DNA of 64,000 nucleotides from assembly GCA_010093705.1 (NCBI GenBank), contig MU006092.1:192623-256622 (forward strand), in the 5' to 3' direction. Source of the stretch: Patellaria atrata CBS 101060 (Eukaryota). The translations under genes and the position numbers were made by a program. The notes under the pieces were generated by a model. The model saw nothing but the letters and a program-made list of their open reading frames with translations, was not told the origin of the DNA and did no database searches. Positions 13,640 through 25,198 of this stretch are shown here, piece after piece (the first letter of the stretch is position 1; each line of letters opens with the position of its first letter).

Positions 13640-15410
13640 ATGTGGGGTAGGAAAAAGAAAGTGATACAGACATGCACCAGATGCCATAGAGAGAGGTGAT
13701 GGGTAGGGTGGAGGGGAAGCTGAATGATGCCGATTAAGAAGATCACAGACAGCTTGCTGCACTTCTTGCAGAACTTCATGCGCGAGCCCATGCTCGGCTC
13801 CCCCAGCAGATGGACTTTACCCTGCGTCAGGCCCTTGGAGAAACTGGAGATTGTAACTTTCGAGCTTACCCTAAAGTAAGCAAGACCACCCGTGAAGGAG
13901 CGGTTAGAGGATCTTGTTAAGTCTTGAGAAGTTACTTGTAGAGGTAGTTGTAGGCGTCCAACGTGCAATGAATGTGTGACAACGATAGGATACTGTCGGA
14001 TCCTTACAGGAAATGTCCGAATCCGACTGCCCTTCATGCCTTCGAAGTGCTCGGTTAGCGATGGAGATTGGATATGATACTATTGACCACGTGGGCGCCG
14101 GAGCCCGCAAGAAATAGGAGTGCTGAGGTAGGAGGGAAGTCGGGAACACCAATATCAGAAGCGTAAATGCGAACTGATAATGGGTCTACGAGGTTGCACT
14201 TCCGTACTTACAGCCCCGCTATCGCCGAGAATCAAGGCGTAGCTGTGCCTTCACATTTACGAGCAAAACTCTTCAAATCTCACCCTTAGCGAGCTGAGAA
14301 AGGGCGCGTAAAAAGGGAGCTGGAATAAGCTGGGAGGCTGGCTTAACCGCTCACCTTCCCAAAGAGACGCTTTGCGCGGAGCGACCTGAGATGAAAACGA
14401 AAGTCAAAACAACAGAGACACCATGGCTTGCAGCATTCGAGTGGGGCCTAGATCATCGGATTTCGACCTGGGAATTGCAATGATGTCCACTCGAGCAGAA
14501 TCGTGGCGCTTTTTGCTCGACTCTTCTCCGTTCCGTGAGGTTCCTCCTCTTCTCCACGATACAATAAAGCTTGTAAAGGTAGTCCTGTTGGTCCGACACC
14601 ATAATACCGAAAATTGAGGTATCGTACATTTGGTACAGTAGTGAGTGACTATAAGCATAATTCATAGTTCCCTTCACCGATCCGCGGGATAGCGATCCAC
14701 AGCGAATCAGTAATTCTCCCAGCAAATCGAGGTAATAACTTCGTCTATCGTCTTGTTGACATGTATAAGACCACAAACCATGAGGGTGTGCTCGGGAAGA
14801 AGAGTATGGTGTACAAGTACAATCAAACGGTTTCAGGGGTTTGATTGTCAAGACGGTCTTGTATGATGGTCAAGTCAGAAGACGCTGCTACACCACCTTC
14901 GCCTGACATCCACGTCACGCCGCCGTTGATTTGCTTCCCATATTGTGCAAGGCCACGATATCTCGCGTAGATTGCAAAATTCTGCACGAGATTTTCTGTT
15001 GAAGGTCACAGATGAAGCTAGGGACGGAGAGTTTCTTTCCCTTGGGAATTCTCGCGGTTTTGCATCTACCTCCGAGTAAACCCGGTAAGTGTAGATCCGC
15101 TATCGGCATTTCGGTGTGTAACTAGCTACATCTTCCGTACATGCGCGGATATATGCGAATAATTGCAAAGTACGTGGCGAAAGCCAGTCCACCAGGACCA
15201 AATAGTAAGAAATGGAGACATGACAATGAGGTGAGACGCCGCTGCCGGCGCAAGTTTGCCAGCAGATGGTATGATACTGAGAACGAGGAGCGCCTTGATG
15301 CAGTGAAACGCTCACATGGAGTTCACGCCAATTCCGATCCCAACCATAATGACACAATTGTACAACAGAGACCAAATACCCTAATCCTTTCCAGAAGAAC
15401 AGCTACATGA
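13640..15410 (+). pseudogene. Possible degraded or multi-exon gene with Zn(II)2Cys6-like fragments
   Basis: MWGRKKKVIQTCTRCHRER at 13640 and GSCRRPTCNECVTTIGYC near 13940. A GTAAGT...TAG intron near 15085-15125 joins RRVSFPWEFSRFCIYLRVNP to LHLPYMRGYMRIIAKY.... No continuous gene model could be built. Confidence 0.2.
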
Positions 15411-15812
15411 GTGATATCCTCCATACCTAATTCGACCCGCATTCCGCAAAGATCCATCTCCTTGATACCTTCTACCCATCCATGCAATAACTTTTTGATT
15501 TGAAAATGCTTTTACAAGTAGAACACCGCCGAAGAAGATAAATGCGTGACAAAAATGGTTAATAAATACAATGTGGAAGAAGTAGTAGATCGACTCCTAT
15601 ACAAGGAGATTACTGAAGAGGATTTCGTAGATGTCGATTATGTTAGTAGCGATAAATGCCGAGACCAGTTCGATTGGTCAAACCCTCCATGTAGAAACAC
15701 CGTGGGCAGGAAATGTTGCTCCATCGAACCGTAGAGATGATCATGAAGGACGTAAGAGATGTTGCGTAAGGACGTGAGGTTGAAGTTGGATAGAAGCGTG
15801 TTCGAAATCCGT

Positions 15813-16322
15813 TTAGGGGACTGTCAAGCGGCGCTTCATGTCTCGGACTTGATCGAAAGAGCTGGCGTATCCTCGGAGCTCGTTGATCGCCTTAGCTGAT
15901 AGTCCATGGACAGTGGTGTTGCTGGACATTGATGAGAGAGAGGAGCGAGATGAGGATGGTGTAAGACCACGCTTCGACTGTTGATTCTGTGTGGTCGAAC
16001 TCGAAGCTGGTTGAGAAAAGTAAGGATTGCGTGATGAGGAGGTACTCGATGTGGGACTTGTTGGAGGAGAGTCATGCCTCGAGGGCATTTTATATGCCGC
16101 AAAATTAACGGCAGGTGGAAGGTAGAAGCCTGAATGATTGCCCGTAGACGTCCACGACGAAGGAGCAGATGTCGAGGGGAAATTGTAAGGTGAGGCTGGT
16201 TCAGATGTTCCGGCTTTCTCGAGGTCTGTCAATCGACATGCCTGAGAGCAATATGCTCCCTCAGCAATCTGCTTGTCGCAGTACAGACAGAAGTCGTGGG
16301 ACCAATCCATATCGGAAGCCAT
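15813..16322 (-). CDS. ecl1: Ecl1-family (extender of chronological lifespan) protein
   Basis: N-terminal FCLYCDKQIAEGAYCSQACRLTDLE (C-x2-C...YCS-x2-C zinc motif typical of Ecl1/2/3), a Ser-rich middle region, and C-terminal ELRGYASSFD. Confidence 0.85.
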   Translation of the reverse strand: MASDMDWSHDFCLYCDKQIAEGAYCSQACRLTDLEKAGTSEPASPYNFPSTSAPSSWTSTGNHSGFYLPPAVNFAAYKMPSRHDSPPTSPTSSTSSSRNPYFSQPASSSTTQNQQSKRGLTPSSSRSSLSSMSSNTTVHGLSAKAINELRGYASSFDQVRDMKRRLTVP

Positions 16323-19300
16323 GGTAGATAGAAGAGAAGACGATGGGGTGAGGACAAGGCAGACAGCTCGGTGAATGAGCAGATTTTCAAAGGACTGTGA
16401 GGTTCGATATAAGCATAGAGGCTCAACCTTTGGGGATGAGACAGTATAGTGGTGAGTCAGATCAGAGGGAAATGGTGTGCTGAATTAGTTATGGTGACGA
16501 AGAAGATGGAAGCTCGTGATGCTTGAGTTTAATTGCTTCATGAAGACATGTTGACGGTGTGATGGAGTGGTAAGGCCGAAAGAGGGTGGGACTACTTCTG
16601 TATTTGTATCAAGGTGGAGAAGTGAAGGCATGTTGGCGAGTTGCAGAAATTCTGACCAAGGACTCAGGCACACTGAAGGACGATGGCGAATCAGGTGGTG
16701 ACCCCAAAAGCACAGATGCAGGTCTGAACAGTTCTGGGCATCAAGGGTGCTTGTGTGGGATGTGGTGGAGACATGGAGGGAAGGGGAGTGGACTGTAAAG
16801 TTAAGCACGGTTAGCAAAATGGATGAGTTCAAGGATTCGGCAGCCTTCATGGTTCATAACCCCAAAAAGATGGTGGCGTTTTTTCCTTTCTGTCTCTGAG
16901 ACTTTTGATGCGCAAGCAAGCAGCTTCCTGCAAGCCAAAACTGGGGCTTGCTGCAGTAGTTGCTGGCGTCTTTTTCACCCCAACCTCGAAAATGTCCACC
17001 TTGACTAACCTTAAGCACTCCGCAGGACATAACCCTTGTCACCCTTTTAAAATGCCCCTAAGGACTAAGGTAACCTTCGGTACAGACTTTACTACTCTTA
17101 CCTTACAGACTAATATTTTACTCCTCTTTTTAGCAGGCACGATTATTGGCAACCTCGTCGACACAAATCTGGCAGGCGTGGCGGGTTCCCCCCAAAACAC
17201 CCCAAACGTATCAAAATAACCCGACTTACACCTGGCAGACCAACATTCTCTTCACTTTCTGATGCACTTTCAAGCATTATTCAAGGCTCAAGCCCATGGT
17301 GCGTAAGCTAGAACTAATAAATAAGCAAGTCTGGGGCACAGACAGAACATGGTAGGTCATTGCGAAGCGTGTCTTGCGAGCCGCGCCTGAGGAATCTTTT
17401 CGTCTTTGCCGCCTTAACCTGTGCGCAGTCATGCTATTCTTTGTGTTCAATCACCCGAACGATCAACAAGGGATCATCTCTACCACTCTGGCAATAATCG
17501 TCCATCAAGTCTTCCGTATACTTTTTGTTACTCAGACCCCATCAGCAGGCGACCCATCATGGGTTCACTGGTCATCATCATGGGACACTTCCAAATAACA
17601 ATCATAATACTGGTGAACTGGTGGGAGCGAATTAAGGCTCTTGTTTCGTAGCTGAATTTTCACATTCTACTCAGCTGACGATTCTCATTCGTCCATTAGC
17701 TGAAATTATGATTATCGATGATGGTTCGAGAAATAAAGACGCGATCACTTCTGCGGCGAAGTTACAAGCAGTATTCATGCCCCTTTCAGCTCGTGTACGC
17801 GTTACAAAATAGGAGAGACGGGCGACTCGCCCATACCTGAGCAAGCCTGTTCGAAATCTGATGTCTGCAGCAGGATCGGTACAGAAAGAATGCGGCGAGC
17901 TTTCTCAGACGTGCCAGGAGAAATTTTACATATCTACCTGGAAAGAGAAGATTTCTTCGTACGATGGGTTACCTCCGATTCTCTACTGATACTCTAAACT
18001 CTTTGCATTATTACTGATCAACAAACCGAGACTGCCGAAAATAAGACTTATTTTCAGGCTGAACAAGAGTACAAGACAACCGGTCTGTTTTTTTGTCATC
18101 TGGCCTTGCGCTATGATTAGTTGATGACTAGAAGGTTGCCTGAGCAGCACTATACACGAGTACAAGGCTACAAAGCAGGAACCAAACGTTCTCGCGGCTT
18201 ACCGTCAGCAAACAAGGTACAGTGAAGTCTACTTTAGCCTTACGGGTACATGGTCGTCTACCTGTTTCGTTCACTTTCTCTGCTCCAAATCTTCCTCGAT
18301 ATGCAAAATGATGATAATCATCTAGACCTCTTCATCTGAAGGGAGTCTGATGCGACAAGTCCAAGCTCAACCAAAATCGGTTGATACTGTCGCACAGCAT
18401 GATTCTGAAGGGAGAACTCAAGACATGGGCAAGATGGAGGTTTCCAAGCGATGTAAGCAGCTCTAGGGAGAAATTTGAAAATTCTCAACTTTCGCCACCT
18501 CTAATTTGCATCTGGTATGGTAAAGATCCTCGGTCCTAGCACTACTTGTACGCGTATCTAACGTTCTGATTTACTTTGTACTCCCACCGAGGTCATTCTC
18601 CTGAAGCTATAGTAAGAACATGATAGTTGTCTACTGATAACTACCTTACACCTGACCCCCTTAGTTTCGTGCTTGAGATAATCATACCAGGTTCGGTTTG
18701 AATCCACCTCCAATAACAGGAACGATAGATGGCGAAAGGGCCCTGTTTCATGCACCCGACCAATACTTGTCTCGTACCTGCTTCTGAATTTTCAGTATTG
18801 CCTTGGTTACTCCTCTCGGGCGAACTCCAAGCTAGCAGTCCACTACAACGGCGCCGGCGGTTTCCCGTGAACTAACTTGATTGATGGGAGGGTTACCCGA
18901 TTCTGGAATCTGGGCCTGTGCATAAGTCACATCTAGTTCTAACTTCTAAGGGCTGCCTAGGTACACGATCGTTTTCATCATCTCTTCAGGATGGGTTACG
19001 ATACTACGAATATCTTGTCTCACAAGACCGTTATCAGGACGTTTAGAGGTTCATCCAAGTCGCAATCAATGCCCTTTAATTTTCCGGTCTAACCGGCTTG
19101 CGATTACTCCTCATATTAATCTGTAAGCCGACTATCTATATGTCCTTCTCACCAAAGGAGGGCGCAAGTATGAAGCAATGGGCTTAGCTGCCAACCATGT
19201 CTACAAGCCGTATGGGCTATGGCGCGAACCTCTTGGTTAAAACTCTATTGCTTGACGTGCAGAAAGATTAGAGGAAGTTCATTCGCTAGCCTCGCTTCAT

Positions 19301-22300
19301 AGGACAAGGTTTAGAAGAGCAACCCCCCCCCCACACACGGACGACACTGGCCCCAACCTAAGGCTTGCGTTCCTCTAGGCACCCCAGTTCTAAGGCTCCT
19401 CGAAGAACGTAAAAGTCATCTTCAAGGCTTTTACCCTTGAGTTGGTACTTTCTGGCAGGATTTCAACCGGGTGGCGGATCCAGTACGTAGACAGCGGAAA
19501 GACTGAGACTGAATCCCATGAAGAAGTGCCCTTCTCAAGTAGTATATGGAGTATTGTACTCTCCTACTGTGTACCCTACAGTGCAGTACAGTTCCTCCAC
19601 CGGATCCTACCTTACTCCCTTGGTTCTAGTTTACCTACCTTCACCAGTCAGTGCGTTATATTAATTGTATCGTGCGCTCGCCTTTGTGCAAAAGCTTAAG
19701 TTACGCAAGCTGTCTGTTATTTCCAATTTCAGTTTGAAACAGCCAGGAGAATAACCAATTATACTATCAGTAAGACTCTTGGCATCCCCGCAAAAAAAAA
19801 AACATCTGAATTCACGCACTGTTCACACTTTGTCCAAGGGAAAGTGGCGCACGTACTACAAACTGACTACTGACTTCCACTTCGTCCTCCATCCCAGATT
19901 TCAAGCGGGAGCTACGGCAGCCTAAAAAGACAAATCTCCTTTGTTGAAAGTTAGGATGACTTCGCAAGACGAAGATATTTCAACTCGTCCGTCTTTCTTT
20001 TCCAAGCCATTTTAGAACTGGCCACAGTATCTTGTCTGACAATCTCGGACTATCCAAGACGCTTTTCATCTCTTATACTTTTCATCTCTTATACTTTTAG
20101 TAAGTGGAGTATACTATCCCAGCTAAAAGGATTGCATTTATTGAGCACAGTAGTAAGCCCATTGTACCGGTCACGCCAAGTTCTGCTTGCGGATTGAACT
20201 GATTGACCCATCTTGCATTCGAACTTACATACGGGTCCCTTGGGCGCTTGCGTCTATACGTAGCCTCGTAACATCTCGTCTACCAGCTCGGCGCCTATGA
20301 ATCTCCCGAAATTGGTGTCCGATATTAACTACTTACTGCTAATTCGGGACAACAACAGCAATCTATCTTCTTCATTAATTCAAAGTTAGGTCTTACCCTT
20401 CCCAACTGGAATCCCCTCTCAGCGCCATCTACACGCTCTGTCGTCCGGCTGCAACGTGCTGATGCGATTTAATATATATCCCACGACCCGAAACACACTT
20501 ATGGAACGGATAAATTCGAGATAAGCTCAAGTACCATCCTTTACTGCAAGTCGGAAACTTTCCGTTAGATGAACTGCATCATCGCTCTCATACTAAAGGT
20601 CTCTCTTATAACCTAGGCTCAATATTATATACGTCTGGTTCCAGGATAGTATTCTGGTCGCGTGGGGGATCCGCTGAAGGAGGAAGAGTAGGGACGAGGG
20701 ATGAGAGTGGGAGCAGGCCAGATTCTCGGTCTTCCTTTCTCTCAGTCAAGGGCTAGCGAATTCTTCATCAACTTCCCGCAATCTATGGATTTGAAAAGCA
20801 GACCAGTTTTTGACACGAGTAGGATGCATACCCGAAAGACGCCGTGACACGATAGACGCTTCTTTGAATTCTCGGGTCTCTATATCAGCTCATTGCTATT
20901 GTATCTCTACCTTGTCACGGAATCATGCCAGCCGTCGCACAGTACATGGTTATTCCGCCTTACACCCTAGGCAAAGACGTTTCGAAAACGTGTGGTTACG
21001 AGGTAGGAGATGATGTTCCTACATGATTCTCTCGAAGTATAGGCTGCAACTCCTTGATCATTCCACAGCGTCTATTCACCAGGCTGCGCCCGTGGAAGCG
21101 CAAGGCAAACGTCACCGCGATATTTGCCTCTTTCGTGGATCCCACAATCGTACCATTTCGCTGCGGCCACCCAGCCAAAATGCATTCTTCCGGCCTTGGG
21201 AAACCCATGATGAGGGAATTACATCTGCGAGCATCCTACAGTTCTCCGCAGACCATGTATGTCATTCTTTCATTCTTTTGATCTAGCAATGGGTTTGAAA
21301 CACTGTCAAGACCCACAAGAAGGTAGGAATGTTTTTGAAGCCCTTGAAGGAGCAGATATGCAAAGGTGCAGAGAAAATTTGCAGCGCTGTTTAGGACAGT
21401 AGGTAGAAGGGATGTGAATCCTCCGTGCGCGAAGCTGATCAGTGAAAATCCTCTTCGCCATCAACCTTGTCAGCAGAACGAGCCAGTGCGAACATCAAAC
21501 ATCGTCATCAAGTCAAGTCAAGTCAAGAATAGCACACGCGCTCATTTCCGTTTTGGACAAGGTCCACGGCTCGCACACAGCGGGAGCTGCGGGACAGACC
21601 TTCGCGGGCGATCCACACATCGGGATCTCTATCGGGGAGGCGGCATAGTCACCTCTGTACCTTTCTACTGGGTACCGACTAGGCCGCTTCGAACGTCGCC
21701 GTCCCCCACTTAGAAACTTATTGACCACGTCTGAAATCCTTTTAACGGACTTTTTGTTATCAGTGCACTGAATTTTCTGTTGCTTCATCTCGCTTCAGTA
21801 TTGCTTCACACTGTGATGGACCCATCATTTGGAGAAAAATTCATAGAGTGGAGAGGTTGCTGTGTTGTTTTTCGTCTATGGATTGTGAAAATTTTCTTTC
21901 GGTTCCAATCAGAGTCATGAGCAAGGTTTATTCTTCAACGAACAACTCCTTCCGCTGAAGATTTTTACCTTTATTCTTGTGTCTCCGTGTCTCTCTGAAA
22001 CATCGGGACGGCGGGAGCGTCAATGATTGGATCAGAAAAGCGAAAACATCATGAATTTATTAAAAGTTATCGAATATTGGTTTGCTGGCAGTGAATATTC
22101 CAAGTTTTCTGCCTTTTGCCCCATCATTTCAATTGTCAAAGTCATAGCCCATATGAAAGTTTCTGTACACTCATCCCAAATCCCGCACAATCTATCCACC
22201 AAGGCAACGTGTCTCGAATCAGACCTCATAATGGACTTTAATGAAAATTTCTTCATGCTGCAGTTAGGATTGTGTTCCTGAGACAGACTTTGGCCCCAAG

Positions 22301-23348
22301 TACTTACGAGTAGATCATGTTTCATACCCCAGAAAGGGGCTCAAAAACTCGTGCATCTTTTTAATCAATCAGATCTTCAACGGATATCCTACGTTCGTCA
22401 GATTCAGTGCTGAGATTCAAGCCCTTCCCGTGCAGGAGAAAAAGCTAATGGCGTGAGTTTTAGATCATCGTTACGGAAAGGCTACGGACAGAACCTTGTC
22501 AGGTCCGAATTGTCCGATCTGACGACCTCCACTTGAACAGTCAGCAACTTCACCGTAGCACAATTATTGATTGAAGAAATTTTTTCTACAGCGCATGGTA
22601 AGCACACACCTTTCGCCGAACATCTGGACCTACCTCCTGCTTTAACCATGCACCCCAAGCTGCGGTCAAACACTTCCAGTCCGACATGTGCGAATACCGC
22701 AGTGTAGGCGCGTGGATAGGTTCCCGCATCGGGAAGCTCTGGTACTGAGGTACTCGGTGCGAAATCTTCAAAAGCAATTATAAGCCCACGGGCATCGTCA
22801 ATGCGTGACGTGCATGTTCAGCTTCGGATTTGAAATGCAATGACCTGGCCAGAACGGAGTCTCCTTACGCATTCCAGTTTCTGAGCAGACGTAGCAGCTA
22901 ACCTCGCTGCTCTTGATAGGATCCAGTGTCTGCACCGACGGGAAATCCACGAGGGTACCTGCATCAAGGATTTGAATGACGCTTTAGGGGATGAGCGACT
23001 GCCACATCGAGATTGCCCACGTCCGTGTGGGAGGAATGCGGGATTGCGGCTCCAGTGCATAGAGGATTGAAGAGAAAACCTTCGCGAAAGGTCTTTGCAG
23101 TGAGACTCCGTTGGCCTAACAACGTCCTTGACCAACCTACCAAGAAGTTGTCGGGAAGGATTGCATTAGTGAGGAAAACGTACGAAGTGATACAAAATAC
23201 AGAGTTTGCTCTGTTTAAAGGATTGCGTTAGTGGAGAAGAGCAACGTAGGAATGTCGTCGTCGTCGGATTTGATCGGTGATGTCTCTATGTCATTGTGAA
23301 TGCTTCTGGAAGGAACGGCGACTCCTACGGGAATAAGTGAGTATCGAT

Positions 23349-23443
23349 GTGAGTCGAAGTGTTTAGGTGCCCTTTCTATCTAACCAGTCACTGGATATTG
23401 AGGTGAGTCGAAGTGTTCAGATACCCTTCGAGTCTAACAAGTG
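23349..23443. repeat. Imperfect tandem duplication with a 54-bp period
   Basis: GTGAGTCGAAGTGTTTAGGTGCCCTTTCTATCTAACCAGT at 23349 versus GTGAGTCGAAGTGTTCAGATACCCTTCGAGTCTAACAAGT at 23403. Confidence 0.85.
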
Positions 23444-25198
23444 AATGAACTTCACCTCTGATACTTTCTTTCATTACTCTCCCTGGAGTCATGCATATCG
23501 TAAGATCTCTTGTTAGTCAATCAAACATCAGATACCGCATGAAATATAGTTTAGAGATGCTGTCTCTTATAATATACGGTTATGCGGCGGTCCCCCTATC
23601 TAGTAAATAATTCGTCTCAGTAGTGTTCAGTTTGTCCGTCACTTTATTCTTTCAGCCAACCTTTTTATCAATAGCATCGAAGAATAGAAATGTACTATGA
23701 TATACAAGTCTCTTTTCAATCACTGTTATAACTCTATGTGATAACTCTAACATACAAGCCCATACAAAGCGCCCTAATGCCTCACCTCCCCTTTTTCATC
23801 ATATGTCCTCCGTCTACCTGCTCACCAGACCCGCGTGTCTACCACCCCTCAAATTACATACCATGAATCTACACTCCAACAAAATCCCGCCTCGCTCACC
23901 AAACCTGGAGCCACTCCAACACCCCCACCCTTAAACCTCACGCAACGCCATCCCTTGACAAAATTGATCTCACCTATTACAATCCCCCTTAGCACTCGAG
24001 ACGTCTCAACCATGTAATCCACCATCGAATACGTGTTGAAGCAAAAGAACGGATCTACCCCACGTTTGACTGCGTGCTCCACTACTCGGTATATGGCTGA
24101 TCCCATTACAGGACCGCGAGCATAGTCACCCAGCTATGCCTTTCGAAGACCGTACGAACCAGACGAAGTAGCACAGTTTGGAACTGCACCTTCATCAAGC
24201 ACGTTCCGTGCGGACCCTGAAGATATTGCAGATTTCCCCGAAAGCTGGCCTGTTGCTGTAGACTTTGAAGACCTGGGTATCGTGGAGGACTTCCAGGAAG
24301 AACGATCTCTTGGTGGGGGATCTGAAAGATGGGGGATGTTGTTGGAGATTGACGTGAAGTTGCGGATCTGGGAGATTAGTCTCCTCTTGCCGAAGGTGAC
24401 TCTCCCGTAGACCCCGAAGACGTGAGTGGTCTTCTTGTCGTACATGCTCCTCACCTGCTTCTGTGTGGGGAGATGATGCAAAGAGCTCCTTACATCGTTC
24501 AGGCAAATGTCTATCCTTCCCCAGGAACCGTAGTAATAGAACTAGAGTAACTTATCAAAGGGTTACGTACCTTGACCTTCCTGGATGTTATGATTTAAAG
24601 TTATGGAATATTGAGACTCGCTATCTGACTTTGCCTGAGGGTCTCAAGCTGGTCTGAAGTGGAAGATGAGTGAAAGAGGAGAGCATAACTTTCGGCAATT
24701 TCTCGCTTACCGCTTCTTTGATATGAATCAGATAGACTGTTTTCAACATGATTTTCTTCCGGTTATACCAAGCGGACCAAAGAAGCCATAAGAGTAGGAT
24801 GCCAAACTCACATGAAAGGGGATACCCTGACTAACGTAAGACCCAAGGAGCATGTCTACGGTGTCATATGTGTGAAAAAACCCACTTGGGTTTCTATTTT
24901 GGTAGTAATCCTAAACTACGCCCGCAGTCCAAGTCTTCGCTCAAGGCGAAAAGCTTCCCCATACACAAGTTCTCCACCAACGCCAAACAGGAAGATTCAG
25001 ACCAAGCGAATGTACAGTACCCAGGACCACCATCCAACACCGAGACAAAGGGAAGTGCAGGCGCAAGAGGACCATTCCTCTGTACGCCCGCATGAATGAA
25101 TGACTGAAGGAGAGACGGGGATGATGAGAAAAGAAAGGATAAGGAGGTGGACTGGTCCATACTCCAACCACCCCTTTTTCCATCGATAAAAGCACCTC

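Noticed and set aside
20062..20098. 16-bp tandem duplication CTTTTCATCTCTTATA
   Set aside because: This is an ordinary slippage duplication with no further structure.
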